Below the pieces are notes generated by a model. The model was not told the DNA's origin and searched no databases. It saw only the letters and a program-made list of their open reading frames with translations. Positions 37,452 to 48,793 of a stretch of DNA of 63,991 nucleotides are shown here, piece after piece (the stretch's first letter is position 1; each line of letters opens with the position of its first letter). Where the stretch lies: positions 8,639,209 to 8,703,199 of the forward strand of contig NC_069004.1 of the NCBI RefSeq assembly GCF_001194135.2, in the 5' to 3' direction. Origin of the DNA: Octopus bimaculoides (Eukaryota). Made by a program: the position numbers and the translations under genes.

Positions 37452-37661
37452 CTCCACCGTTTCCATCTTTCCCAGGTCCATGTGGACAGATTGTCTTGTA
37501 CTCTCTATCATTAGGTTTGGGACAAATCTCACAGGGGGTTCCCCAACCATTATTGGCATTATCTTCTGTACAACAGCATGTTGATTTGGTCATCGGACTG
37601 TAAGATGGGTTGCTACATTGACCACGATGTACTTGGGTGTAGCAGAGTCCTCGTCGAGTAT
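37452..37661 (-). CDS. FBN: Fibrillin exon, complete TB2
   Basis: 210 nt; DTRRGLCYTQVHRGQCSNPSYSPMTKSTCCCTEDNANNGWGTPCEICPKPNDREYKTICPHGPGKDGNGG. Confidence 0.95.
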
Positions 37662-38297
37662 CTGTGGGATGAAAAATATTTTCAACACGCTGTGCATTAG
37701 TACTCTACATACAAGGTGTGCAGGGCTTAGTAGCACTATTTTATGGTGTATGTGTATGTGAGTGCATGTGTGTGTGTGACTGTGTGTGTGTGTGTGTATT
37801 TGTGTGAGAGTGTGTATGTATGTATGTATGTATGTATGTGTGAATATTTGTATGTGTATGTGTGAGAGTATGTGTGTGTATGTGTATGTATGTATGTATG
37901 TATGTATGTGTGTGTATGTGTGAATATGTGTGTATGTGCGTTTGTTTGTGAGTGTGTATGTGAGTAGGTAAAAGTGTGCCTGTATGTGTGTTTGTGTGAT
38001 TGCGAGTGTGCGTATGTGTTGTGTGCATGTCTGCATGTGTATGTGTGTGTTTAAAGATTTGAAACGTTGGGTAGGCTTTATCTGTGTCTCACTTTATCAT
38101 TCCTGATATTGTTGTAGCTGTTAACACTAATTCCTCACTCACCCACCACCACCACCACCACCACCAGTGCAACTATCACTTCTGTCACCACACTGTCATT
38201 TCTACCACTGCCACAACACTTTGATGTGCTATTTTCTGTATGCTCAGTATATGCAAGTACTGGATACTTTGTTGTTGTTTTTATTATTATTATTATT

Positions 38298-38346
<49 letters not shown>

Positions 38347-38396
38347 TTGTTGTTGTTTTGATGTCGTCGTTGCTGTTGTTATTGTTAGCTACTTAC

Positions 38397-38522
38397 CTCT
38401 GCAGGTTTTGCCATCAGGTTGGAGGATGTAACCCCTGTAACATTCACACTTGTAACTTCCTTGCGTGTTAATGCATTCTCCATTGGTGCAGAGATTGGGG
38501 TTGTTAACACACTCATTGACAT
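38397..38522 (-). CDS. FBN: Fibrillin exon, cbEGF before TB2
   Basis: 126 nt; [42 protein letters not shown]. Confidence 0.95.
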
Positions 38523-39338
38523 CTGCAATAATAAATGAGTCACATAGATACATACAAATACTGAAGGTAAAATAAGCTGAATATAGATAACACAGAGTGA
38601 TGCTCAAATGGATGGGAACTTAAATTCCAACCTTTTCATCTAGTGCCAGTGCCTCAGCATTGAAAGTTAACCATAAGAACAATCCTTATCAGGCTGTTAC
38701 AGAGGTAATAAGGATAATATACAGGATTAAGCTTGAGACATATATTTGCATGGAACACAAATTACAGATTACAGAATAAAAAGAAAAGAAAACAAAGCAG
38801 AAGAGAAGAATTATGTAAAGTCTTATCTCGACAGCTGTTTCAAGAAGTAATATGAGCATGACTTCATAGGCTTGCATCAAGCAGCAAGCCTCAGCGAAGT
38901 TGTTAAAGTAAGTTATGTGTCACTTTGAAAAATAGGACATCATTAAATTATATTTGTATTCTGTAGCAGACTGCATCCTGGTTCAGAAAATAAAAGGCAT
39001 GTCTGTGTTGGGAAATGGCTGGAGGACTGCAGTGTGGACATACCATCCATGATTAAAGAAAAGAACCATTCTTAGCTGTCAAACATCATCAAGATGGCTG
39101 AATTCATCCAGCAAGTCTAGATTATCATCAACAACCCTAGTGACTCAATGAGTGCCATCTCTAGGTACCTCAAAGGATTTCAGGTNNNNNNNNNNNNNNN
39201 NNNNNNNNNNNNNNNNNNNNNNNNNNNNNNNNNNNNNNNNNNNNNNNNNNNNNNNNNNNNNNNNNNNNNNNNNNNNNNNNNNNNNAAAAAATGACATTAG
39301 ACATCCAGAGCGAAATTTGATGCCAACAATTAACTTAC

Positions 39339-39464
39339 CAACACAAAACGCTCCATCGGGTGATAAACTGAAACCTCGTTTACATTCACAGTAATAACTA
39401 CCAGGAGTATTGTGGCAGGCTCCGTTTAAGCAGAGTTTGCCATTGTTTACACATTCATTGATAT
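39339..39464 (-). CDS. FBN: Fibrillin exon, cbEGF
   Basis: 126 nt; DINECVNNGKLCLNGACHNTPGSYYCECKRGFSLSPDGAFCV. Confidence 0.95.
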
Positions 39465-39755
39465 CTGAAAGGAAAAAAAAATAATAAATTATGGGTGAGG
39501 TGGGAATATTTAAGACGTATGTGTTCATGGTGTATGTGGAGGGAGGATGTATGTACGTTCATGTGTGCGTGTAATTAAACATATACATACATACATACAT
39601 GTATACATATGTACATATATAATACACACACACACGCACTCCACTCATATATATACACACACAAATACATAGAATAAATACATTTCCAATGTTATGATTG
39701 TAGTCAGGATGTAGATAGATTTATGGTACAATGGAAATTCATGGCTGGAACTTAC

Positions 39756-39878
39756 CATAACAGACTTGTTGATTTGGTGACTGTCGAAAGCCTGGGTTAC
39801 ATCGACACTTGTAGGAACCATTCATATTTTGGCAAACACCGTTTGGACACATATTTTCCTTTTCACATTCGTTCATAT
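39756..39878 (-). CDS. FBN: Fibrillin exon, cbEGF
   Basis: 123 nt; DMNECEKENMCPNGVCQNMNGSYKCRCNPGFRQSPNQQVCY; absent from the minus ORF track. Confidence 0.95.
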
Positions 39879-40221
39879 CTGATTAAAAAGAGAGAAGTGG
39901 AAACCTTTAGAGAAATATTGCAGAACGAAAACATACATGGGGCAGACCAAAAGTAAATTCCTTAACTTTTTAATATGAACAAATAATAAACTGAAACCAG
40001 AAGACTTTTAAAGAAATGACAATAAAAAACACAATAATAACTTTATTTACATTATTTACATTTGACGGATATTTGTCCTCATCTTGTTTGTTGTTAACAC
40101 AACGTTTTGACTGATATACCCTCCAACCTTCGTCAGGTGTCTTGGGGAAATTTCGAACCTAGGTTCTCATTCCTAACGATGTTACTATTATTATTATATT
40201 ATTATTATTACTATTATTAAT

Positions 40222-40290
40222 CAGGTTGCTGCCGTGAATCGAACTCGGAACCTTGGGGTTAGTAGCCCGCGCTCTTAACCACTACGCCAT
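40222..40290 (-). mobile_element. tRNA-like SINE head within the hairpin loop
   Basis: TGGCGTAGTGG (A box) ... GAGTTCGATTC (B box); no complete cloverleaf. Confidence 0.6.
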
Positions 40291-40341
40291 AATAATAGTA
40301 ACATCGTTAGGAATGAGAACCCAGGTTCGAAATTTCCCCAA

Positions 40342-40385
40342 GACACCTGACGAAGGCTGGAGGGTATATCAGCCGAAACGTGTTA
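40342..40385 (+). ncRNA. Type I hammerhead-ribozyme-like motif (probably degenerate)
   Basis: GACAC-CTGACGA-A-GGCTG-(GAGGGTATAT)-CAGCC-GAAACGTGTT; mirror copy on the minus strand at 40096-40141. Confidence 0.55.
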
Positions 40386-41071
40386 ACAACAAACAAGATG
40401 AGGAGAAATATCCGTCAAATGTAAATAATGTAAATAATGTAAATAATTCCTCATCTCTTAAATATAGAACTGTATTACAATAATAACTAAAAGAAGAAAA
40501 TATCAATATGGAAAGATATTAATATAAAACATAAATGCAATAAATCACATAAGGTAGTGAGCTGGCATAATTTTTCTGGCCTGGAAAAAGTGCTTTATGA
40601 CAATTCTTCTGACTTTACATTCTCAGTTAAAATATTGCCAAGGTTAATTTTGCCTTTCATCCTTTTTTGGGTCCATAAAGTAAGTAAAAATTGAACACTC
40701 TCCCTTGAAACTGCTGGCCTTGATCCAAAATTTGAAACCAATAAATTATAGACATATATTCTGATATCATAGATTAAATATAAATACCCATTTCGAATTT
40801 TGGTACAAGGCCAGTAGTTTTGGAGAAGAGGGTAAGTTGATTGCATCAACCTCAGTATTTAACTGGTACCTATCTTATTGATCGGTACTTAATTTATTGA
40901 CCCAAAGGAATAAAATGTAAAGATGACTTCTGCAAAATTTGAACTCAGAATGTAAAGGCTGACGAAATGCTATTAAGCATTTTGTTTGATGTGCTAACAA
41001 TTCTGCCAAGAAACTGCATAAATGCTTCACTGCAATCAGACATGACATCTGAGATTGGAATTTTAACTTAC

Positions 41072-41191
41072 CTGTACAAGTTCGTCCATCTTTGTCCAAG
41101 ACAAACCCATCTGAGCAGGTGCAAATAAAGCTTCCATCGGTGTTGGTACATTCACCACGTCTACATACATTGTTTAGACATTCATCAATGT
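41072..41191 (-). CDS. FBN: Fibrillin exon, cbEGF3-equivalent
   Basis: 120 nt; DIDECLNNVCRRGECTNTDGSFICTCSDGFVLDKDGRTCT. Confidence 0.95.
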
Positions 41192-41238
41192 CTGAAATAT
41201 AAATATACATTCATTAACATATTTATGTCTCTGCTTGT

Positions 41239-41305
<67 letters not shown>

Positions 41306-41566
41306 CTTATCTATCTATAGGGAGAATTCATAAAAAAACAACAGACGAAGACAGGTGGTGTAGTAAACAAACAGATGTATTAGTATAATGCTCGGGAATT
41401 GAAAAAGGCATGTCTGTCTTTCTATTTGTCTATTTCTCTCTTTCTCTGTCTGTCTCTTCCTGTCTGTCTGTCTCTCCTTGTCTGTCTGTCACTCCCCGTC
41501 TGTCTGTTCCTCTCTGTCTGTCTGTCTGTCCCTCCCTGTCTGTCTGCCTGCCTGTCTATACATACA

Positions 41567-41598
<32 letters not shown>

Positions 41599-41629
41599 CA
41601 TCATCCATCTATCTATGCCAATGACATGT

Positions 41630-42108
41630 AACTGGCATCTGTGAAATCACAGTTGTGGCTATTGCTGATACCATATAAATGGCACCTGTGAAATCGGAGT
41701 TGGACCGTCGCCCATGCCTTGTAAATGGCACATGTGAATTTTAGTTGTAGTCATGGTCATTAATGATGCCATGTAAACAGCACCTGTGAATCATAGTTGT
41801 GCTCATTGCTGGTACCATGTAAAAGGTACCTGTGAATTGTCATGATTGTTGCTGGTGCCATGTAAATAGCACCGGTGAATGGTAGTTGCGGTCGTTGCTG
41901 CTGTCATGTAAACAGCACCCATGCTGGTGGCATGTAAAAGCACCCATTACACTCCTGGAGTGGTTGGTGTTAGGAAGGGCATCTCATTCAGCTATAGAAA
42001 CCATGCCAAATCAGACTGGAACCTGGTGCAGCTCTCTGGCTCATCAGCTCCAGTCAAACCATCTAACCCATGCCAGCATCGAGAGTGGATGTTAAATGAC
42101 GACGATGA
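41630..42108 (+). mobile_element. RTE-associated 3' repeat with internal ~55-bp tandem subrepeats
   Basis: GCACCTGTGAA..GTTG..CATTGCTG.T.CCATGTAAA occurs about 5-6 times, followed by the standard TTAGGAAGGGCATC..GTTAAATGACGACGATGAT end. Confidence 0.65.
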
Positions 42109-42161
42109 TGAAATAGACAAAAAACAAAGAAACAAAAAACTATAAGAAGATTTTCCCGTAC

Positions 42162-42329
42162 CTATACACGATCCATTGACATTCTGGAAACCTGTATAGC
42201 ACTGACATTTCCATTTTCTGCCAACTCTATGGCATTGACCATTAAGACATGTTCCATGTCTTTGACAGCTTTCACCTGTTTTCCCAATCGTGAGGGGTTC
42301 TACAAGCTGGCAGAGAGTCAAGTATTCGT
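42162..42329 (-). CDS. FBN: Fibrillin exon, TB1 C-terminus fused with non-calcium-binding EGF4
   Basis: 168 nt; (N)EYLTLCQLVEPLTIGKTGESCQRHGTCLNGQCHRVGRKWKCQCYTGFQNVNGSCI. Confidence 0.93.
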
Positions 42330-42941
42330 CTGAAACAAACAACAAAAAGAAAAAAAGAATAAACAAACACTCATAATTCGCTCTACAAAAGGTCAAAGAC
42401 CTGCGGTTTTGGGAGAGGGGACTAGCTGACCCCAGTGCTTGACTAGTTAAATTGGCCCCACTGCTTGACTAATGGTACATATTGATGTGATTGACTCTTC
42501 CCCCTCCTACGGAATTGCTGGCCTTTTGCCAAAATTTGCAATTATTACTATAATTATTTAATTTTGTTCATATATTATTATAATTCTTCATTGTATTCAT
42601 TAGTATTTTATTTATTTTAGTAAATTTTAGAATAACTGAAGCATATCTTTGACAATTCCGGAACATGTTGAACTTATTTTGAGGATGGCTTTCAGCCCAC
42701 CCAGAGTATATGTGTGTATATAACTACATATATGTACATATATATATGTGTATACATATTTCATGTTGAGAACTTTTTAGGTCTTAATAGACACAAAATG
42801 TGATCTATTTCTAGCGCATTAATTGTCCACGTTAGTGGTCGACGTTATTTTTAAAATGTATACATATATGTATAGATCTCTTATTAAGTATGATACACAT
42901 ACAGAAAGTTCAATCTAACTGCTTCGGTTGCATATAATGAC

Positions 42942-42972
<31 letters not shown>

Positions 42973-43237
42973 ATGCACATATATATATATACATCTCACA
43001 CAAAAATACNNNNNNNNNNCATTACATGGTCATATTGAATCCTCTTTGAATTTCTGATCTCCTTGATCTTCAATTCAAGAATCTTATACACATATACATA
43101 AAGATGTATGTATGCATGTGTGTGCATATGTATACATATACATACATACATATGTATATATATATATATATATATACATATATATAAATAGAGAGATAAA
43201 TGTATGTATAAATACACATACATATATACATACATAC

Positions 43238-43273
<36 letters not shown>

Positions 43274-44194
43274 ATGTATATATGTATATAAGCATATATT
43301 TATTCACATATGTGTATGTATACACACACATACACACATAAATATACATACACACACATGCATGAAAGATAAATTTAAAGTAGTTAAATTACAGTGTGAT
43401 AGCTTTTTCTGTGAAATTAATTTATCTTATGTTTCTAATACATGCTGCTGTGCATATATATATATATATATATATATACATACAGGCATACATACGTACA
43501 TACACACATTCATACATCTGTATATGTATATAACCTATCTGTAGATACGTGTATATGTTTGTGTTTGTGTATGTGTGTGTTTGTGTGTGTGTATAGTGTC
43601 AACGGTTTGATAAAATGTATCCTGCACCACACAGACAGAAACTTTATGGAAGTTAATGGCGGATCCTATTTTTTTTTGTTAAAATGTATTTGGTAATCTA
43701 AGTAGATTCTAAGAACACAAGTGGAATATGGTAAAATAAGCAGGGTTTGTGTTGAGATTTTAGAATGTTTCAACATAAAGAAAGTATTGTAACAGAAGGT
43801 GAACATGGTAACATTATTTTAGCAATGAACTTCGTTAACTGTTTCCCTTTGATATATTAGATGCATGTTGTGGTGGTGGTGGTAGTGGTGGTGGTGATAG
43901 TAGAAAGCTGGAATTGACATCGTCAAAGTGTTCCAGATATGGAACAATTTCTGGAAAGTAGAAAAGGGTGGAAAGGGGATAGAGAGTCTTGAGTATGTGT
44001 GTGTGTGTGTGTGTGTTTGTGTATGTATGTGCGTGTGCTTGTGTTTGTGTGTGTGTGTGTATGTGTGCGTGCTGAATTTCTTTCATGAAGGAATGTATTC
44101 CTAGCTTTCCCTTTTGTTATTGTTTTAGTTTTCTGTTTCTCAAGAGCATGAGAGTGTTGCATCAATAATAATAACAACAATAACAATAATAATA

Positions 44195-44807
44195 ATTTCT
44201 ACTATTGGCTTAATTTATTGACCCTGAAAGGAAGAAAGGCAAAGTCAACCGCGGTGGAATTTGAGCTCAGAACATATTGGCAGATGAAATGTCGCTAGGC
44301 ACTTTGCCCTGTGTGCTAATGATTGTGCCATCTTGTTGCCTTAATAATAAAAATAATAATAATTATAGCAATAACAATAATAATCCTTTCTACTAAAGGC
44401 ACAAGGCCTGAAATTTGAGGGTTGGGGACTGGTCAGTCATATCGACCCCAGGGTTTCACTGATACTTAATTTGTTGACCCTGAAAGAATGAAAAGCAAAA
44501 TTGACCTCAGTAGAATTTGAACTCAGAACATAAAGATGGTTGAAACACCACTAAGCATTTTGCCCGGTATGCTAAATTAATAATAATAATAATCCTTTCT
44601 ACTATAGTCATAAGGTCTGAAGTTTGAAGGTAGGGGACTGGTCGGTCATATTAACCCCAGTACTCAACTGGTACTTATTTTATTGAACCCAAAAGGATAA
44701 AAGGCAAAGTCAACCTCAGCAGAATTTGAACTCAGAATGCAGAGGTGGATAAAATGCTGCTAAGCATTTTGCCTGGTGTGCTAACGATTCTCCCAGCTTG
44801 CCACATT
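44195..44807 (-). mobile_element. Cluster of three SINE family A copies joined by (AAT)n tracts
   Basis: GAATTTGA(A/G)CTCAGAA core near 44240, 44515 and 44725, all in the same orientation. Confidence 0.8.
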
Positions 44808-45668
44808 TAATAATAACAATAAATATTTTTGGGTATGAAGGAGAGGATACATGTACACACAAGTTAGGAACAGTGAACCAGTAGACTGGTGATTTATTGG
44901 TAAAAGGATCTGAAGGGTTGTGGAGAAAAATGTGGGGGGGTTGGTAGGGGTAAGATGCGGTGAGGTGAGATGAGGGCATGAAACCCAATCATGGAACCCA
45001 GAGGTAAAATGAAAACTTTAAGAAAAACAAATGTTAAATCAATTAGAGATTTTAATTACTCCTGTAGTGACTAAGGGTCATTTTTTTTGTTAGATGGGAA
45101 TTTTTGTNNNNNNNNNNNNNNNNNNNNNNNNNNNNNNNNNNNNNNNNNNNNNNNNNNNNNNNNNNNNNNNNNNNNNNNNNNNNNNNNNNNNNNNNNNNNN
45201 NNNNNNNNNNNNNNNNNNNNNNNNNNNNNNNNNNNNNNNNNNNNNNNNNNNNNNNNNNNNNNNNNNNNNNNNNNNNNNNNNNNNNNNNNNNNNNNNNNNN
45301 NNNNNNNNNNNNNNNNNNNNNNNNNNNNNNNNNNNNNNNNNNNNNNNNNNNNNNNNNNNNNNNNNNNNNNNNNNNNNNNNNNNNNNNNNNNNNNNNNNNN
45401 NNNNNNNNNNNNNNNNNNNNNNNNNNNNNNNNNNNNNNNNNNNNNNNNNNNNNNNNNNNNNNNNNNNNNNNNNNNNNNNNNNNNNNNNNNNNNNNNNNNN
45501 NNNNNNNNNNNNNNNNNNNNNNNNNNNNNNNNNNNNNNNNNNNNNNNNNNNNNNNNNNNNNNNNNNNNNNNNNNNNNNNNNNNNNNNNNNNNNNNNNNNN
45601 NNNNNNNNNNNNTATATATATATATATATATATATATACGTGTGTGTATGTGTGTGTGTATATATATG

Positions 45669-45703
<35 letters not shown>

Positions 45704-46049
45704 TCACACATGCACACTCACACATATATATATGCATATATATTCATATATATGTAACTTATATAGTAGATTTATACATACATATATATGTTTGCTTCAA
45801 TATGTATGCTTCAATATGTGTTTGTATGTGTGCTTCTGCAAATATGTATGTGAGTGTGTACATGCATATATACATACACACATAGATATATGTGCATATA
45901 TATATGTATATATATATATATATATTACAAAAACAACAAATGCAACAATAGGTGTTAGAGGCGAGATATACAATAAAAATAAGAAAAACCCCTACAAAAC
46001 AAACAGTAAAAAAAGTAGATCAACATAAATGTTGACAAAATAAGTTTAC

Positions 46050-46208
46050 TTGATTCTCTTAAAGGACAGATATGGCAAGTGTGTCTGTCTCCCCAACCAT
46101 TGCCGCCATGTTTACAGCAACAGTCACTCCTGGAGTATCTGGCATTTTGAATGGCACTAACACATTGGCTGTTTCTTATCTTGGTGAAACACAGATTCTT
46201 ACGAACAG
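46050..46208 (-). CDS. FBN: Fibrillin exon, TB1 N-terminal part
   Basis: 159 nt; (P)VRKNLCFTKIRNSQCVSAIQNARYSRSDCCCKHGGNGWGDRHTCHICPLRES. Confidence 0.95.
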
Positions 46209-46354
46209 CTGGAAGCAAGAAGGAAAAAAGATGTATATAAATATATGTGAATACACACACGCACACACAAGCATATACACACATATGCATACACTCACAC
46301 AAACACACACATATGCATACATACACACATACGAACACATATATGCATGTGTGT

Positions 46355-46390
<36 letters not shown>

Positions 46391-46588
46391 NNNNNNNNNN
46401 NNNNNNNNNNNNNNNNNNNNNNNNNNNNACACACACACACACACACACACACAACCACACTGTTCGTTATAAAATTATGCAACTTGTTAAAGTTAAATTC
46501 TTGGTGGATATTGGATATTGGATTTGATTGGAAAATTTGATGAAAATAATAGAAGAATTAAGATGAATGCTTATGGACAGATACTCAC

Positions 46589-46714
46589 GGACACATTGTG
46601 TTTTGGATGGACCATGCTCATAGCCATTATGGCATTCACAGAAATAGCTTCCTTCTGTGTTAACACAGAGGCCATTCTGGCAGGCACCTCGTTGTTCTCC
46701 ACATTCATTGATAT
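46589..46714 (-). CDS. FBN: Fibrillin exon, cbEGF2-equivalent
   Basis: 126 nt; [42 protein letters not shown]. Confidence 0.95.
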
Positions 46715-47356
46715 CTGGAAAAAACAAAGAAATATATAAATAAATAAAAATCCATTAAATTTATATTTTAACTCCATTTGTTGAAAACTACTACTTGCTT
46801 CACAAATATACTCACCCAAATGAACAAGTATTGATGTGCTATTGTACCATAGTCCATTCAGACAACAGATTTGTTAAAGCAAACCTTCACCTAACACAAA
46901 CTGTATGGCTGTGTGGTAAGAAACTTGCTTCCCAACCAAATGGTTCTGGGTTCAGTTCCACCGCATGATACCTTGGGCAAGCATCTACTATAGCCTTGGG
47001 CTGATCAAAGCCTTGTGGAGCTGTGCCCAGTTGAAGGCACTGAGGCAACAGGACACGAGATCAATAATGATGTATAGCAGGAAGCCTAGTTGTTATGCTT
47101 GTTAGAATAAAACTCACATCAGAGATGAATGCTCAGAAGAACTGAAAAAAATTAAGCAAGAAAAAGAAAGAAACAAAAAGCAAAAATAAGTGAAAATCAA
47201 CATAATGATCAGCAAACGCCCAGTTTCCAGGACACCATCAGCCAAAATTCAGGGGCTGGAAAGTGAAACCCCTTTTTACCATATATTAGGAATAGATGAA
47301 TGAACCATTTGTTTTCTAGCAGGTTATTATATTTGGTTATTTTTTTTTATACTTAC

Positions 47357-47478
47357 CTTCACAGAGATTGGTAAGAAGATTCTGTCTTTGACCTTCCCGG
47401 CATTCACAGACATAAGATCCAATATTGTTGATACATCGACCACCAACGCATAAGCCTGGGATAGCTGTGCACTCATTG
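47357..47478 (-). CDS. FBN: Fibrillin exon, cbEGF1-equivalent (acceptor end lost in gap; predicted true end about 47482)
   Basis: [40 protein letters not shown]; N-gap begins at 47479. Confidence 0.93.
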
Positions 47479-48061
47479 NNNNNNNNNNNNNNNNNNNNNN
47501 NNNNNNNNNNNNNNNNNNNNNNNNNNNNNNNNNNNNNNNNNNNNNNNNNNNNNNNNNNNNNNNNNNNNNNNNNNNNNNNNNNNNNNNNNNNNNNNNNNNN
47601 NNNNNNNNNNNNNNNNNNNNNNNNNNNNNNNNNNNNNNNNNNNNNNNNNNNNNNNNNNNNNNNNNNNNNNNNNNNNNNNNNNNNNNNNNNNNNNNNNNNN
47701 NNNNNNNNNNNNNNNNNNNNNNNNNNNNNNNNNNNNNNNNNNNNNNNNNNNNNNNNNNNNNNNNNNNNNNNNNNNNNNNNNNNNNNNNNNNNNNNNNNNN
47801 NNNNNNNNNNNNNNNNNNNNNNNNNNNNNNNNNNNNNNNNNNNNNNNNNNNNNNNNNNNNNNNNNNNNNNNNNNNNNNNNNNNNNNNNNNNNNNNNNNNN
47901 NNNNNNNNNNNNNNNNNNNNNNNNNNNNNNNNNNNNNNNNNNNNNNNNNNNNNNNNNNNNNNNNNNNNNNNNNNNNNNNNNNNNNNNNNNNNNNNNNNNN
48001 NNNNNNNNNNNNNNNNNNNNNNNNNNNNNNNNNNNNNNNNNNNNNNNNNNNNNNNNNNNNN

Positions 48062-48095
<34 letters not shown>

Positions 48096-48351
48096 TTTAC
48101 TTGTTTCAGTCATTAGACTGAGGCCATGTGTGTGTGTGTGTATGTTTGTCCTTGTGTGGGCCCCTCAGAGCTACAGGTCCTCAGGCAGTGCCCGGTCGAC
48201 CAACGGCTCAGTCTGCCCCTGATACAAAACATCATAACTCATAGTACTGGCTCTGAATTCTAAAGAAAATCTATAGCTTATTACTTAAAAATGTGTTATA
48301 TATAACAAGAAATGGAGAGAGAAAGCACTGAGTTGAAATTGAAAAATTTAC

Positions 48352-48549
48352 CTTGGCAGGAATTTCCTTGAGCATTGAGAATGTATCCTCGTCGACAAGG
48401 GTAAGATTCTGTCTGGCATTTCTCACATGGGTTACCCCAAGCCTTACCAATGGTTGCACAACACAGAGCTTTTGTACACACCACACCAATTAACTGGCCT
48501 TTACACTGGTAATTTGATAGCTGTGTGAAGCAAGGCCCAGTTCGAAGAT
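48352..48549 (-). CDS. FBN: Fibrillin exon, hybrid domain 1
   Basis: 198 nt; [66 protein letters not shown]. Confidence 0.96.
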
Positions 48550-48636
48550 CTGTAAAAAGAGGAGAAATGAAATACAAAGCAAAATTCAAATATATAATAA
48601 TAATAATAATAATAAATTGAAGAAGGGGGTGAGGAG

Positions 48637-48710
48637 AAGAAGAAGAAGAAGAAGAAGAAGAAGAAGAAGAAGAAGAAGAAGAAGAAGAAGAAAAAGAAGA
48701 AGAAGAAGAA
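48637..48710. repeat. (GAA)n tract in a 244-bp intron
   Basis: Reads (TTC)n on the gene strand. Confidence 0.95.
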
Positions 48711-48793
48711 CCTAACATGAAAATGAGAAGAATGAAATAAATAAGATAAAGTAACAGAATTTTTGATGGAAATAAATAAAAATGAGAACCAAC

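Larger units (their letters stand above)
40043..40437. mobile_element. ~150-bp inverted repeat, probably inverted termini of a Penelope-like element
   Basis: Arms 40043-40194 and 40289-40437 are reverse complements with few mismatches; both carry a CTGACGA..(G/A)AAACG motif and a (TTTACATTA)-type tail. Confidence 0.7.
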
